Of a stretch of 64,000 bases of DNA, positions 40,974 to 52,463 are shown in pieces. The notes below the pieces were generated by a model, which saw only the letters and a program-made list of their open reading frames with translations, did no database searches and was not told the DNA's origin. This stretch comes from a bacterium (GTDB lineage Bacteria; SAR324; NAC60-12), in the NCBI GenBank assembly GCA_965209155.1, contig OZ242383.1, positions 3,296,001-3,360,000 on the forward strand, read 5' to 3'. The position numbers were made by a program, and so were the translations under genes. How positions within the stretch are numbered: position 1 is the stretch's first letter; each line of letters begins with the position of its first letter.

Positions 40974-41423
40974 CGCAAAATCAGGGGACACGTAACAGCA
41001 GGTATAAAACAGTAGAGTTGAGATGCGCAGCGGTCTACATGTCCCCCAATTTTGCTCACACCATTGGAAGAACTACAGGTTATTTAAGGTTTGTTCCTAA
41101 GGAGTCTCCAACTGTATCGAAATGCCAAAAGCGAAGGAGTGACCTTGTGAGTTCACCAGACACGGAAGCAAACCGGATTCAAATCATTAGGATCGCTGAG
41201 GGGATTAATCATGCTATCCCGACGACTAAAGAACTTTCAGAGGCTCTTAAGAACACGACAATCTGAAGACCATACCATCTAACCAGTCGCTCAACTTGAG
41301 GAAGAAGAAAAACAGCGATTCTCAGGAAGGAAAAAGGAACGGATTCCTTTGGTGCGTTTACCATCTGAAAGGGGAGAGGATTCTTTTCAATGCGGATATA
41401 TTGTGGAGAGTCCATTGATGCGC

Positions 41424-42386
41424 TTACCAATTGAAGGGGTTGATCAGCCGGGCAAGGAATCCTCGTTTGCGTTTCCCCGTTGCAGTGCCATAACTGCCCT
41501 CACCTCCCCGCAGACGGGGATCGAGCAGGTCCCTGAGGGCGTCGCCGAACATGTTGAGACTGTATACGGTAATCGTCAGGGCAAAACCAGGCCAGAGCGC
41601 CAGCCAGGGCGCCTGCTCCATGAACTCACGCCCTTCCCGGCTGAGCATCGCTCCCCAGCTGGGAACCTCGATGGGCAGCCCGAATCCGAGAAAGCTCAAA
41701 GACGCCTCACTGATAATCACCCCCCCGATGTTGATTGAGAAGATGATGATGACGGGAGCCATAATATTGGGCAGGACATGGCGGATCAGGATTTGGATCG
41801 TGGGGGTGCCCACGGCCTTGGCTGCCAGAAAATAGTCATTCTCTTTGACACCAATCACGGCGCCCCGGATGACTCTGGAACCGCCGATGCCTCCGGTGAT
41901 CCCCAGGACCACGATGATCTGGAGGAGACCCTGTCCCACGATGGACATGACGGTCAGCAAGAGCAGCAGCCCCGGGAAGGCCATCCAGGCGTCGACAAAT
42001 CGCTGTACCACCAGGTCGAATTTCCCGCCAAGGAATCCGGACGTGACGCCGATCAGGGCAGCCACCACCACATTGAGCGTGGTCGCGGCCAGACCAACCA
42101 CTAACGAAATACGAGCCCCATGGATCAGGCGGCTCAAGAAGTCTCGCCCCAAATGGTCGGTCCCCAGGAGATACTGGGTGGAGGAGCTTGTCAGCCGGTC
42201 TGGAAGGTGTCGTTTTCTATAGTCATGGGGTGCCAACACATCTGCAAAGATCGCCACCACAATAAAGAGAAAGATGATCATCCCGCAGGCCGTCCCCAGG
42301 GGCTTCTCCCGCCACAGCCTGATCAAGAAGTCCGCAAACCAGCCCCGTCGCTTGGGCTCGCTTGCTACTGATGGTGTCTCATTCAT
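41424..42386 (-). CDS. ABC permease C, module 5
   Basis: Paralog motifs. Confidence 0.93.
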   Translation of the reverse strand: MNETPSVASEPKRRGWFADFLIRLWREKPLGTACGMIIFLFIVVAIFADVLAPHDYRKRHLPDRLTSSSTQYLLGTDHLGRDFLSRLIHGARISLVVGLAATTLNVVVAALIGVTSGFLGGKFDLVVQRFVDAWMAFPGLLLLLTVMSIVGQGLLQIIVVLGITGGIGGSRVIRGAVIGVKENDYFLAAKAVGTPTIQILIRHVLPNIMAPVIIIFSINIGGVIISEASLSFLGFGLPIEVPSWGAMLSREGREFMEQAPWLALWPGFALTITVYSLNMFGDALRDLLDPRLRGGEGSYGTATGKRKRGFLARLINPFNW

Positions 42387-43332
42387 ACCGCACCCTCGGG
42401 TCTAAGAAGGCATAAATCAGGTCTATCATCAGGTTGATCCCCATCACCGCGGTGCCGAACACCAGATTGATGCCGGCGACCACCGGGTAGTCTCTGTCCG
42501 TGAGGGCATCCAGCAGGAGACGACCGAGTCCCGGCAGGTTGAAGATGTTCTCCATGATAACGGAGCCTCCGACCAGGATCGGCGCCTGGAGGCCGATGGT
42601 GGTCACGATCGGGACGAAGGCATTCTTGACGGCGTGTCTCACGACAACCACCCGCTCCTTGAGACCCTTGGACCAGGCGGTGCGGATGTAGTCCTGCCTC
42701 AGCACCTCCAGCATCATTGTGCGCGTCATCCGCATTGTGGTGGCGGCAAGGTAGGTCCCCAGAATCACGCTGGGAATGAGGAACATCCCCAGATTCCCCA
42801 GCGGGTCTTCGCTGAAAGTAATCAGCCGCATCGGAGGCGACCAGCCCCACCAGATGGCAGGGTAGACCATCACCATAATGCCCAGCCAGAAGTTGGGCGT
42901 GGCCAAGCCGAGGATGGCGACCGTGCGCCCCAGGTAGTCGACGGCGGTATCCTGCCGAACCGCAGAGTAGATGCCGACGGGGAGTGCGATCACCAGCCCG
43001 ATGACGAGGGACATGAGACCAAGCTCAAGGGTGACTGGCAATCTCCCTACTATCTTTTCCTCTACCGACCAATCGCCCATCAGTGATTCGCCAAGGCTGC
43101 CGTGCCGGAAAATATTTCCTATCCAGCGTCCATACTGCACGTAGGCAGGCACATCCAGTCCCAGCATCTGCTCGAGCGCTTCACGGTCGACCCGCCCCAG
43201 ACCTCCCAACCGACCTTGCATGACGTCGATGACATCGCCGGGGATGAAGCGGACCGAGAGAAAGACCAGGATACTCAGGATGAACAGGGTGGGGATAATG
43301 AGCAATAGACGCCTGATGATATACGCTCTCAT
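42379..43332 (-). CDS. ABC permease B, module 5
   Basis: Paralog motifs. Confidence 0.93.
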   Translation of the reverse strand: MRAYIIRRLLLIIPTLFILSILVFLSVRFIPGDVIDVMQGRLGGLGRVDREALEQMLGLDVPAYVQYGRWIGNIFRHGSLGESLMGDWSVEEKIVGRLPVTLELGLMSLVIGLVIALPVGIYSAVRQDTAVDYLGRTVAILGLATPNFWLGIMVMVYPAIWWGWSPPMRLITFSEDPLGNLGMFLIPSVILGTYLAATTMRMTRTMMLEVLRQDYIRTAWSKGLKERVVVVRHAVKNAFVPIVTTIGLQAPILVGGSVIMENIFNLPGLGRLLLDALTDRDYPVVAGINLVFGTAVMGINLMIDLIYAFLDPRVRYE

Positions 43333-43414
43333 GACAGATTCGGAGTGCTGGATGTGCTTGGGAGGGCGCTCGGAAGCAATGCTGGGGGCCTTGGGGCCCC
43401 CAGCTTGAAACCCG

Positions 43415-45190
43415 CTAGTAACCCATTTCTGTCTTTAACGCACTGTCAATCCAGAGGCGGGATAAGACAACACGCTCCACAAATCCAAGCCACACTTCCC
43501 CGTTAAAGCCGATGACCCACGGCTGGTGTGCCATGTACTTTCCAGCTTTGGGACCCCATATCCACCAGTGGTTCTCCATGGTGTACATATCCACCTCTTT
43601 GACCAGTTTCTGCCGCTCCTCCTCGGAAGTCGTGGCTCCGGCGGCGTCGAGAAGGGCGTCCAACTCAGGGTACCTGATTCCGTGTAAGTTTTCGTAGCTG
43701 CTCGAGTGTACCATCTTTCGTACAAAATCCAGCGGAACAGTATTGGTGCCCAGAGTTTCATACATCAGGCCTTCCCACGTGCGGTTGCTTCGAGTAGGGC
43801 CAGCGGCAGCTTCATCCAATACGTTAATCTCTACTTGAACGCCGATATCAGCCCAGTAGCTGGCCGCTAATTCACTGTAACTCAAAGGAAACCGATAGAG
43901 ATGGTTCAACACGGTCTTGAATCGAGTGCCGTCGGCGCCGCGCGGATATCCGGCCTCATCCAGCAAGGCTTCCGCCCCTGCCGGATCGTACCGATAGCCT
44001 TTCTTGACCTCTTCGGGCCACTCTTCAAATGGGGTGAAATACCCGATGACGCCTTCCCCTAATATCCCTTGAGGCTGCCAGGCTGAAGTGCCCTTGTAGA
44101 CGCTGCGGTGAATGCCCTCGAGGTCGATGGCCATCTGCATGGCCTTCCGCACCCGGATGTCGTCAAAGGGCGGCTTGCTCGCGTCCATAGCATAAGACGT
44201 TTCCGAGCGGTCCCACCACGCTTGCAGCACGATTTCGGGGTTGCTCTTCTGGAGGCTCTCGAGCACTTCAACCGAATTTATATCAGACCAACCGGCAGGG
44301 GCACCCATGAAATCAATCTTACCAGAACGCAGTCCCGCCAGACGGGTCGCTTCCTCTTTGATGAAAAGGCCCTGTAGCTCGTCAATATAGGGTAGACGAT
44401 TCCCCGGGTACTTCTCGTCGTCTTTCCAGTAGTCAGGATTCTTCTGCAAGGTAATAGAGCTGCCGTCGGTCCAGTCAGTGAGGAGATAGGGCCCGGTACC
44501 GACCAGGTTCCTCCAATCCTTCACGTCACCGTGCTCCTGGATGACCTCAGGGGCGTTCATAAAGGTGAGGCCCATGCCGAGATACTGTCCAAGAGCTGCG
44601 CTATTGGGCTCCGCCAGCTTGATAACAACCGTGTATCGGTCGGTGGCCGTTACCGACTCGCCAGGTGGCCGCGCATACGAAAAGGGGCTCGGTCCGGCTT
44701 CGGCGAAGTCGCCCAGGCCCAGCAGGCGATGAAAGTTGAACACGACATCATCAGCGGTAAACTCTCTCCCGTTCATCGGTGCCTTGTCTTGCCATTTCAC
44801 CCCTTTGCGGATGTTGAAGATGATCGTGAGTGGGTCGGGGGTGTTCCAGCTCTCAGCCAGATGTGGTCTATAGAGGGATGGAGGTATGTAATGGTTTCTG
44901 AACGAAAATATGTCCCTATCTATTGCCCAGTCCATGATTCCCAGTTTCTCTACAGTGTGGCCGGAGACAATTGCTATGACATGTACGAAATGAGTGTCGG
45001 CATGTGCTGGCTCGTTATTCGTGGCAAAGGTCAATGTCCCGCCGTATTCTGGTGCAGTCACGACCTTGCCAGTACTGGGGTCGGTCACATACTTCTGGGC
45101 TGCGGCCGGGCTGACCCAAAAAGCGGTCACCATCAGGATGAGGGTGAGCAGGATTGCACTGAAGGTTGATTTGCTTTTTTGATTTTCCAT
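43415..45190 (-). CDS. Family-5 ABC substrate-binding protein, module 5 (type A leader)
   Basis: MENQKSKSTFSAILL start matching module 1; further in-frame ATGs in upstream repeats. Confidence 0.92.
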   Translation of the reverse strand: MENQKSKSTFSAILLTLILMVTAFWVSPAAAQKYVTDPSTGKVVTAPEYGGTLTFATNNEPAHADTHFVHVIAIVSGHTVEKLGIMDWAIDRDIFSFRNHYIPPSLYRPHLAESWNTPDPLTIIFNIRKGVKWQDKAPMNGREFTADDVVFNFHRLLGLGDFAEAGPSPFSYARPPGESVTATDRYTVVIKLAEPNSAALGQYLGMGLTFMNAPEVIQEHGDVKDWRNLVGTGPYLLTDWTDGSSITLQKNPDYWKDDEKYPGNRLPYIDELQGLFIKEEATRLAGLRSGKIDFMGAPAGWSDINSVEVLESLQKSNPEIVLQAWWDRSETSYAMDASKPPFDDIRVRKAMQMAIDLEGIHRSVYKGTSAWQPQGILGEGVIGYFTPFEEWPEEVKKGYRYDPAGAEALLDEAGYPRGADGTRFKTVLNHLYRFPLSYSELAASYWADIGVQVEINVLDEAAAGPTRSNRTWEGLMYETLGTNTVPLDFVRKMVHSSSYENLHGIRYPELDALLDAAGATTSEEERQKLVKEVDMYTMENHWWIWGPKAGKYMAHQPWVIGFNGEVWLGFVERVVLSRLWIDSALKTEMGY

Positions 45191-45495
45191 CTTTTTCCTT
45201 TCGATTGCATGTTCAAAATTAAGGATTGCTTTGAAACCTGCTTTCGTTCCCGAAAGCACGTTCTCGACGATTCCTCTACTTTTTTGACGGTTCATGGTGC
45301 TCCTTTCTGCTTTTTGATTAAAAACAAGATTGCGGGTTTCTTTATAACGTGCTTTCGTTTCCGAAAGCACGTTCTCGACGATTCCTCTACTTTTTTGACG
45401 GTTCATGGTGTTCCTTTCTGCTTTTTGACTAAAAACAAGATTGCGGGTTGCTTTAAAACCTGCTTTCGTTCCCGAAAGCACGTTCTCGACGATTG
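45170..45495 (-). repeat. Three tandem 111-bp leader units
   Basis: CGTTCTCGACGAT at 45259, 45370, 45481; single copy at about 2127-2235. Confidence 0.93.
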
Positions 45496-45691
45496 CTCTA
45501 CACATTGGTTCTCCTTCATTTTCAAGTGATCAAAAAACCGATTCATTGGCTCCAGGATTGGGCAATGAACTATAAACCGACGCACTCAGGCGCCGATGAT
45601 TTTCCAAATTCCCCATTGCCGTTCCGTTCCCGGAACGGAGAACGAGGGATCTCAAGGATCTCTCCCTGATGTCGAGATAAGATAAGGGGGT

Positions 45692-45789
45692 AGAACTTGG
45701 GATTGGGAATTCGTTGCTTGGGGCTTTTGACTTAGAGCTTGAGAGTGGAAACTGGAAACAAGGAACTGATAACTTAATATGGGATATGG
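45692..45789 (-). repeat. Degenerate heptamer array downstream of the type A promoter
   Basis: AGAACTT GGGATTG GGAATTC GTTGCTT GGGGCTT TTGACTT AGAGCTT GAGAGTG GAAACTG ... 7-bp period. Confidence 0.65.
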
Positions 45790-45959
45790 CTTTTAAATTC
45801 ACTCTCATAACCACCTCATTGTCAAGATGTTTTTTATACTTGAAACGGGTTTATTTCAGATTTTCATGTTATCCTGAGCAAAGCGAAGGATCTCATGATT
45901 GCTCTTCCGTCCCTGGAATAAAAAATCAAGCGCATTCTTATTAAAATCTTACATCCAGA

Positions 45960-48025
45960 GTAACTATTCAGGTCTCTGAAAAACCCGTTCAGTTAAATAT
46001 CATTAAAAAGATTCCCGGAGAGGACCGATCGTTTTCAAGTCCTCCCACGATATGGTTCCATCGACCGGGAACCCTCTCTTTCACTAAAACAACTCAGTGA
46101 AGGCATGATTTTAGCACTACTACTACTTGCATAATGTCAACCCCCAAATTAAAAAAAATGCAGGATTCGTAAAAAAAATTAAAAATCTATCAATCAGGGA
46201 GATCCGCTTCTTTATGATCATGAGCCAAAAAGCGAAGGTTCACTCCACAATCCATTGTTTTTTCCAATGGTGATAATGATCGTAAACGCTTTGCCAGGGA
46301 GGTAAATCATGGATGAACCTACTCCACTGACAACTCGTTTTCACGACATACAAAATCGCACTGACGATGCTATGTTTGCCAGGAATACGTTGGGCCCGCA
46401 GGGGGCGAATCGTTAAAAAAAGGGGAGTTTCAGTAACAAGGAGGCGCAGGTAAAAGCTTGTCCCGGACTGGATCCGGGAGAGACAAAGCCTGTGTGAGCA
46501 TCTCGAAGATGGATTTTCCCTGTTTTCTGGTAGTGGAAAGAGCTCCTCGGATGGTACAAAAAGCCTGTGATCCTTCAGCCGTTCGGAAGCCGCCTGAGAT
46601 TTTCTGTTTCAATTTAACCATGCGTATATCTCGCTCGGCTTGGTTGTTGTCAAAAGGAACCCGGAAGTCATCCATGAATAACAAGGTTTCCTTTTCATAG
46701 AGGATCAAGCGATCAAGTAAATTTTTGGCTTTGCTCTGTTTGGGGCGTCCTCGTTTCTTTTTTCGAGGTTTTGCAGGATAGAGTTCGAGTGCTTCTTGGG
46801 TGATGTCGCGGTAGCGTTGCCGGAAGTGATCCAGTAGGACTGGATTCAAAGCAGATTGTTCTTTGAATTTGGCTTGGTCTACTTGCTTTTTGATCTCTAC
46901 CAGTAAGTCGCTCATCTCCTGAGCCCAGAAGGCCTTTTCTTGTTCATAGGCCCGAGTGAGTTCACGTAAATGATGCGCATTGCAAAAGCCATGATCACAC
47001 TCATAATGCTGGTAGCTCTCCCAGTGATCATGAATAGCTGTCTTTTCAAACTGAGGCAGGATACCGGCAGCATCCATTCCGGCTCGACCCCGTTTGTCGT
47101 GGATAAAATAAAAGGTCAACTCTTCGGTAGAGGCTGAATGAAGCCAACGACGTTGTTTGTTTTCAAAGAGGGAGGTTTCATCAAAATGAACCACCTCTGC
47201 TTGAATCAGAGCTTCAGCCACTTGTTGTTGCAAGGGATTAAGCCTAAGGGCGGCTTGCTGGAGGCTAGCATAAATCGTGGCCGCATTGAGCGGCTGGCCG
47301 AACAGATCCTCAAAGAATTGCTGGCATCGATCAAAGGGCAGAAACTGATATTGATTGAGATAAACCGCTAAGCCTTTGATCCGGGGACCATATTGAGTGG
47401 GTCCCTCTATCCCTGCTGGAAAACTCGAGCGATTCAGATGCCGGCAGCAGGGACAAATTTTTTGTTCCACCTGGTGCTCGGTGACCTCTAATTGGAGCGG
47501 GGGAAGATCAAACACTTGGCGTTTATGCCGGGCCTCAACCATCACCTGGGATAAATCTTCTCCACAGGCTTCACAGCTGCTGACAAAATGAGGCTCCACA
47601 TGATCTGGTGATTCACTGAAAGGCAAATGATGGCCTTGATGACCGGGTTGACCTCCGCGAGAGCGACCCCTGCTTTTACGCAAACTTTTGTTCTTTCGAC
47701 TTGGATCGCTGGAAGGAGGCTTACTTGAGTTTTGGCTGTTGAGAGCCAACTGATCCCGAAGTTGCTTATTTTCTGCTTCGAGCGCTTCAATACGCTTATT
47801 TTCTATTTCGAGACGTTCGAGGAGTTTTAATCGCTCTTGCTTCCATTGCTCCCGTTCTTCTTCAAAGAGTTGACAAGCTTCTTGAAGAGCCTCAAGGGGG
47901 GCTGTCGATGAAATGGAACTAATATACTTTTGAACTTTCGAGAGCATAATGTCCTTTCTGGACTTTATGCCATGCAAAACCTGTGCTTAAATTGAAGGGG
48001 GCTCTAAAGTAACCTAAATAGTTAC
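45960..48025 (-). mobile_element. IS66 copy 3, intact
   Basis: Both inverted repeats, 8-bp TSD CATCCAGA. Confidence 0.95.
46430..47977 (-). CDS. IS66 transposase
   Basis: Near-identical to 18864-20411. Confidence 0.95.
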   Translation of the reverse strand: MHGIKSRKDIMLSKVQKYISSISSTAPLEALQEACQLFEEEREQWKQERLKLLERLEIENKRIEALEAENKQLRDQLALNSQNSSKPPSSDPSRKNKSLRKSRGRSRGGQPGHQGHHLPFSESPDHVEPHFVSSCEACGEDLSQVMVEARHKRQVFDLPPLQLEVTEHQVEQKICPCCRHLNRSSFPAGIEGPTQYGPRIKGLAVYLNQYQFLPFDRCQQFFEDLFGQPLNAATIYASLQQAALRLNPLQQQVAEALIQAEVVHFDETSLFENKQRRWLHSASTEELTFYFIHDKRGRAGMDAAGILPQFEKTAIHDHWESYQHYECDHGFCNAHHLRELTRAYEQEKAFWAQEMSDLLVEIKKQVDQAKFKEQSALNPVLLDHFRQRYRDITQEALELYPAKPRKKKRGRPKQSKAKNLLDRLILYEKETLLFMDDFRVPFDNNQAERDIRMVKLKQKISGGFRTAEGSQAFCTIRGALSTTRKQGKSIFEMLTQALSLPDPVRDKLLPAPPCY

Positions 48026-48159
48026 CATCCAGATAAAAAAATCAACATTTTTTAAGAAATATCCGATTTATGTTAAGCAATTGACTGCAAGTAATAGTAT
48101 CAATAGTCATTAAGGCAAATTTTTCTCATATCCGGAATCGAAAGTCAATACGTTTTTTT

Positions 48160-48430
48160 TATTGCTCCTCCTCAATCCGATAAACCTGCGCAAGCTGCTG
48201 GATAATCTTTTCTATAGGAGGAGGCGTGTGAGGCTTCATTTGAGTTGCTCAAAAACAGAATTGACGAAATGATCTTCTCCGATGATTTCGGGATGAGTTG
48301 TCCCTTTTTTAAAGTTCACTTCCGAGGCGATTCCCCTTCCTTGATGAATATAAGTCGCATCGCGTCTCCTCGCCTCAGAACGTTCTGAGGAAAAGAGAGA
48401 CAATGCCAAGTCACAATGCAACCAATCCAG
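48160..48430 (-). pseudogene. RAYT internal remnant
   Basis: Near-identical to 15020-15280. Confidence 0.75.
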
Positions 48431-48689
48431 CTGCTTCCAATTTCATCGTAGGTCAAGGCCGCTGATGCAGACGTTAGCAGAGGAAATCGCCAGGTTTGCG
48501 CCGGAGTGCTCCCGAACCATCGCCTTGTTGAAAAGGGTGCTGCAAGACTTCCTTGCCAGACTGTTCCCGGAGAAGCGCAGGGTTTCACTGTATCTGACCG
48601 ATTTCCCCACCTTGCGTTTCCCTCTTGCTTTTCCTATATTGAGACTGTTCTTGGGCGTTCTTGGCTGAAAATCAAAACCGAGTCCAACG

Positions 48690-49295
48690 ATTAACCGGAA
48701 ACCACTGCGGGAACTGCTGGAGGCGTCCGTTCAAGGGAAGGAAGACGCTTTTGAGGAGTTGTACCAACACTACAGGGCATATATCGTCCACACTGCCCAA
48801 TCGCTGATTGGCAAGTATCGGAGTCTCCACCAGGCCGATGAGGTGGTTCAGGAAATCTGGAAGGATTTGTGGGAGAGCAAGCTGGAGAAATTCCAAGGCG
48901 AGGCCGATAAAGCCTTCCAGGGTTGGCTGTACAGAGTCGTTCAGAATCATCTGCTGGACCAAATCAGACGTGCCAAACGGCAGCCGGAACTCGCTGCCCC
49001 GGAAGAGGTGGATGAGCTGCGCTCTATGCAGGTCTGGTGGGAGGCCCAGTCGGCGGAATTGCAGGAAGAGAAGATTGAGCGGGTAGGAGGGGCCCTGAGA
49101 CAACTGGAAGACGAGCATCCCCAGACCGCTCGGCTGCTGCGCCGCTGCTATTGGGACGGGCTGTCCCTTGAAGCCCTTGCCGCCGAGGAGTTGGCGCTTC
49201 CTAGAAAGGAACTGACCAAGACCGAAAAGGATATGATCTCCCAACAGTTGCACCGCGCCAGAGAGCGATTTCGGGGAATTTTTGAGAAAATTTGA
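48690..49295 (+). CDS. ECF-like sigma-70 factor, copy 3 (ATG mutated to ATT)
   Basis: Colinear with copy 2; ATT at 48690, next possible start TTG 48759. Confidence 0.75.
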   Translation: MNRKPLRELLEASVQGKEDAFEELYQHYRAYIVHTAQSLIGKYRSLHQADEVVQEIWKDLWESKLEKFQGEADKAFQGWLYRVVQNHLLDQIRRAKRQPELAAPEEVDELRSMQVWWEAQSAELQEEKIERVGGALRQLEDEHPQTARLLRRCYWDGLSLEALAAEELALPRKELTKTEKDMISQQLHRARERFRGIFEKI

Positions 49296-49559
49296 TTTTT
49301 TTGGTGATATTCTGGCTCTTTGTACGTTCTATAAATAGGAGGGCTCGGTTTCCAAACGCTCATTTTCCTCAAAAAAGACCCATTCTGGTCAAAAAAATAG
49401 TCCGGATGACAGAAAGCAATTTCAGGAGATTTTTGAGAAAATTTGATTTTTTTGGTGAAATTCTGGCTCTTGGTACGTTATATATATAAGAGGGCTCGGT
49501 TTCCAAACGTTCATTTTCCTCAAAAAAGACCCATTCTGGTCAAAAAAATAGTCCGGATG
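49257..49559 (+). repeat. Two tandem 151-bp sigma-3'/promoter units
   Basis: Unit starts at 49257 and 49408. Confidence 0.92.
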
Positions 49560-49691
49560 AAGATGTTCGCGAAGAAGCTTTTCGCCCTCTGCAGAGAGTT
49601 CCCCGTGGCAGGCGCTGTGCCCGCCACGACAACCCGATTCGCCCCACAGCGAGTGAATCATTCTCAAAACCCTCAAATAAAAGAGGTAATT

Positions 49692-51494
49692 ATGAGTATT
49701 ATAAAAAAACTTGTCGCCTCCTTCGTGGGGCTGAACCCGGCAGGCCCCAGGTCTGCCATGAAACTCCTCTCGGTGCTGCTGGCTTTCATTCTGGGCGCAA
49801 CCCTCTGGGTCGGCCCGACAGCCGCTGCGGAGAAGAAGTATGTGACGGATCCCACCACTGGAAAAGTAGTGAGTGCACCGGAATATGGCGGGACATTTAC
49901 CTGGGGCGATGCACTCGAGCCTCCGCACTGTGACCCCTATCTCCATGGCCATGGGCCAAGGGTCATCGATGAAGTTGGAGAGAAGCTGGGCCTCGGAAAC
50001 TGGGCAGTAGATCGGGCCGAACATAGCTTTTCAGACCCGTGGATCCCTCTCCGTTTCATGACAGGGGCACTGGCGGAAAGCTGGGAGATGGTTGATCCAC
50101 TGACGTATGTCTTCCACATACGCAATGGAGTTCACTGGCACGACAAGGCGCCGATGAATGGTCGAGCATTTAAGGCCCAGGATGTTGTCTTTAACATTCA
50201 CCGTTATACAGGTACGGGCAGCGGCTTCACCGAACCGAGCGCCGGTGCAGGCAATCTCGCCTCGATACCATTCGAATCCATAACGGCCAGCGACGATGCA
50301 ACAGTTGTCTTCAAGCTGACAAAGCCAAAGGTAGACCTACCGGACACTCTCCTGGTCGACTGGTATGCGTGGATATTACCACCCGAGGTCATCGAGCAGC
50401 ACGGCGATCTGACGGACTGCGATAACATGGTCGGCACCGGGCCCTATATGCTGACCGAATGGGTCAAGGGCAGCGCTCTGACCTATTCCAGGAATCCTGA
50501 CTACTGGGACTTCGACGAAAAATACCCGCAGAACCGCTTGCCTTACATCGACCAGATAAATCGCTTGATCATGCCGGATAAAGCAACGTCGCTGGCGGCG
50601 CTGCGCTCGGCTAAGATCGATTATATCGGTCAACCTGGCATCAATCAGTTACAAGCAGCCCAGGTAGAACGCCTCAAGCGTACCAATCCCGAAATCGTGG
50701 TACACCCGTGGGCCTTTCGCTCGGAGACCTCTGTTGCTTTCAATATGCGCCATCCGTCGCCCTTTCTAGACATTCGGGTGCGCAAGGCTATGCAGATGGC
50801 CATAGACCTCGAGACCATTAACAATACCTACTTTGGGGGCTTTGGAATGACGACACCCCAGGGGATTATAGGAGATGGTCTTAAGGGGTACTTCATTCCC
50901 TTCGAAGAGTGGCCCGAAGAGACGAAGAAAGTTTTTAGCTATGACCCGGAAGGGGCAAAGCAGCTTTTGGCTGAAGCGGGCTATCCCAATGGCTTCAAGG
51001 AAGTCCATAACCCCTTGCCGACATGGGATCTGGGCTATCAGGAAATAGCCGTTGAATACTGGGCTGCAATTGGCGTTGATTTAGAGATCAGGACACATGA
51101 AGGCACTCAGCTGACGGGAATAATAACTGACGGATCTTATGAAGGTATGACCTTTATGGATCTCGGCAATGACACTTCGCCTAACTTGCTGCTAAATCGG
51201 CTTCAAATCGGGGCTGTGTGGGGCCGCACCGGACACCAGGACCAAGTGATGCAATCCAAGGTGGAAGCCGCCATGGCCGCTCCCACCCTAGAAGAGCAGC
51301 AACGGCTGACTGCAGAGGCAGATTTGTACATGGTCGAGCAGCATTGGTATATATGGGGTCCTAAAGTTCCCCAATTTGACGCGATCCAACCGTGGGTGAT
51401 AGGTTTCAACGGTGAAATTTTCGTTGGCAACTCACATGCGCCCTTTTCCCGTCTGTGGATCGACAGTGCGTTGAAAAAAGAAATGGGGCATTAG
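49692..51494 (+). CDS. Family-5 ABC substrate-binding protein, module 6
   Basis: Type B leader, SBP_5 motifs. Confidence 0.92.
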   Translation: MSIIKKLVASFVGLNPAGPRSAMKLLSVLLAFILGATLWVGPTAAAEKKYVTDPTTGKVVSAPEYGGTFTWGDALEPPHCDPYLHGHGPRVIDEVGEKLGLGNWAVDRAEHSFSDPWIPLRFMTGALAESWEMVDPLTYVFHIRNGVHWHDKAPMNGRAFKAQDVVFNIHRYTGTGSGFTEPSAGAGNLASIPFESITASDDATVVFKLTKPKVDLPDTLLVDWYAWILPPEVIEQHGDLTDCDNMVGTGPYMLTEWVKGSALTYSRNPDYWDFDEKYPQNRLPYIDQINRLIMPDKATSLAALRSAKIDYIGQPGINQLQAAQVERLKRTNPEIVVHPWAFRSETSVAFNMRHPSPFLDIRVRKAMQMAIDLETINNTYFGGFGMTTPQGIIGDGLKGYFIPFEEWPEETKKVFSYDPEGAKQLLAEAGYPNGFKEVHNPLPTWDLGYQEIAVEYWAAIGVDLEIRTHEGTQLTGIITDGSYEGMTFMDLGNDTSPNLLLNRLQIGAVWGRTGHQDQVMQSKVEAAMAAPTLEEQQRLTAEADLYMVEQHWYIWGPKVPQFDAIQPWVIGFNGEIFVGNSHAPFSRLWIDSALKKEMGH

Positions 51495-51503
51495 GGGTTG
51501 TAG

Positions 51504-52463
51504 ATGAGAGCCTATCTCATCCGGCGGGTCTTGCTGGTAATCCCCACGCTGTTCATTTTGAGCATCCTGGTCTTTCTCTCGGTGCGCTTCATCCCAGGTG
51601 ACGTCGTAGATGCCATGTTGGGTCAGTTGCAGGCGACAATGGGGAGAGACATTGACCGTGCAGCCGTTGAGCGTCGGCTGGGATTGGACGTGCCGGTCTG
51701 GGTGCAGTATGGACGCTGGATCGGCCAGATTCTCCGGCATGGCAGCCTGGGCAAATCCCTGTGGGGCGAATGGCCGGTAGAGGAGGAGATCTTAGCTAAA
51801 CTGCCGATCACCATCGAGCTGGGCCTGCTGGCCATACTCATCGGGCTCGTGATTGCGCTGCCCGTGGGCATCTACTCAGCGATTCGTCAGGATACCGTTT
51901 CTGACTACCTGGGACGTTCTTTGGCTATCATCGGTCTGGCCACGCCAAACTTTTGGCTGGCCATTATGGTGATGCTCTACCCGGCCATTTGGTGGGGCTG
52001 GTCACCGCCGATGCAGTGGGTTCCTTTCACGGAAGACCCTTTGGGGAATCTCGGATTGTTCCTTATCCCCAGTGTGATTCTGGGAACGGCCTCGGCGGCC
52101 GCCACCATGCGCATGACGCGCACTATGATGCTGGAGGTTCTCAGGCAGGACTATATTCGCACTGCCTGGTCCAAAGGGCTCAAAGAGCGGATCGTGATTA
52201 TCCGGCACACCATCAAAAATGCCCTCATCCCCGTGGTCTCACTGATCGGCTTGCAGTTGCCAATCCTGGTCGGAGGTGCAGTGATCATGGAAAATATCTT
52301 CAACTTGCCTGGTCTCGGCCGACTCATGCTGGATGCCCTGCAAAACCGTGACTACCCGGTGGTGCAGGGGACAAACCTGTTTTTCGCTACTGGTGTAGTC
52401 CTGCTCAATCTCCTCATCGACCTGATTTACCCCTATTTAGACCCGAGAGTGCGGTATGAATAG
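51504..52463 (+). CDS. ABC permease B, module 6
   Basis: Paralog motifs. Confidence 0.93.
   Translation: MRAYLIRRVLLVIPTLFILSILVFLSVRFIPGDVVDAMLGQLQATMGRDIDRAAVERRLGLDVPVWVQYGRWIGQILRHGSLGKSLWGEWPVEEEILAKLPITIELGLLAILIGLVIALPVGIYSAIRQDTVSDYLGRSLAIIGLATPNFWLAIMVMLYPAIWWGWSPPMQWVPFTEDPLGNLGLFLIPSVILGTASAAATMRMTRTMMLEVLRQDYIRTAWSKGLKERIVIIRHTIKNALIPVVSLIGLQLPILVGGAVIMENIFNLPGLGRLMLDALQNRDYPVVQGTNLFFATGVVLLNLLIDLIYPYLDPRVRYE

Noticed and set aside
41424..45190. Invertible (shufflon-like) switch for the reversed module 5
   Set aside because: No site-specific recombinase and no flanking inverted recombination sites were recognised
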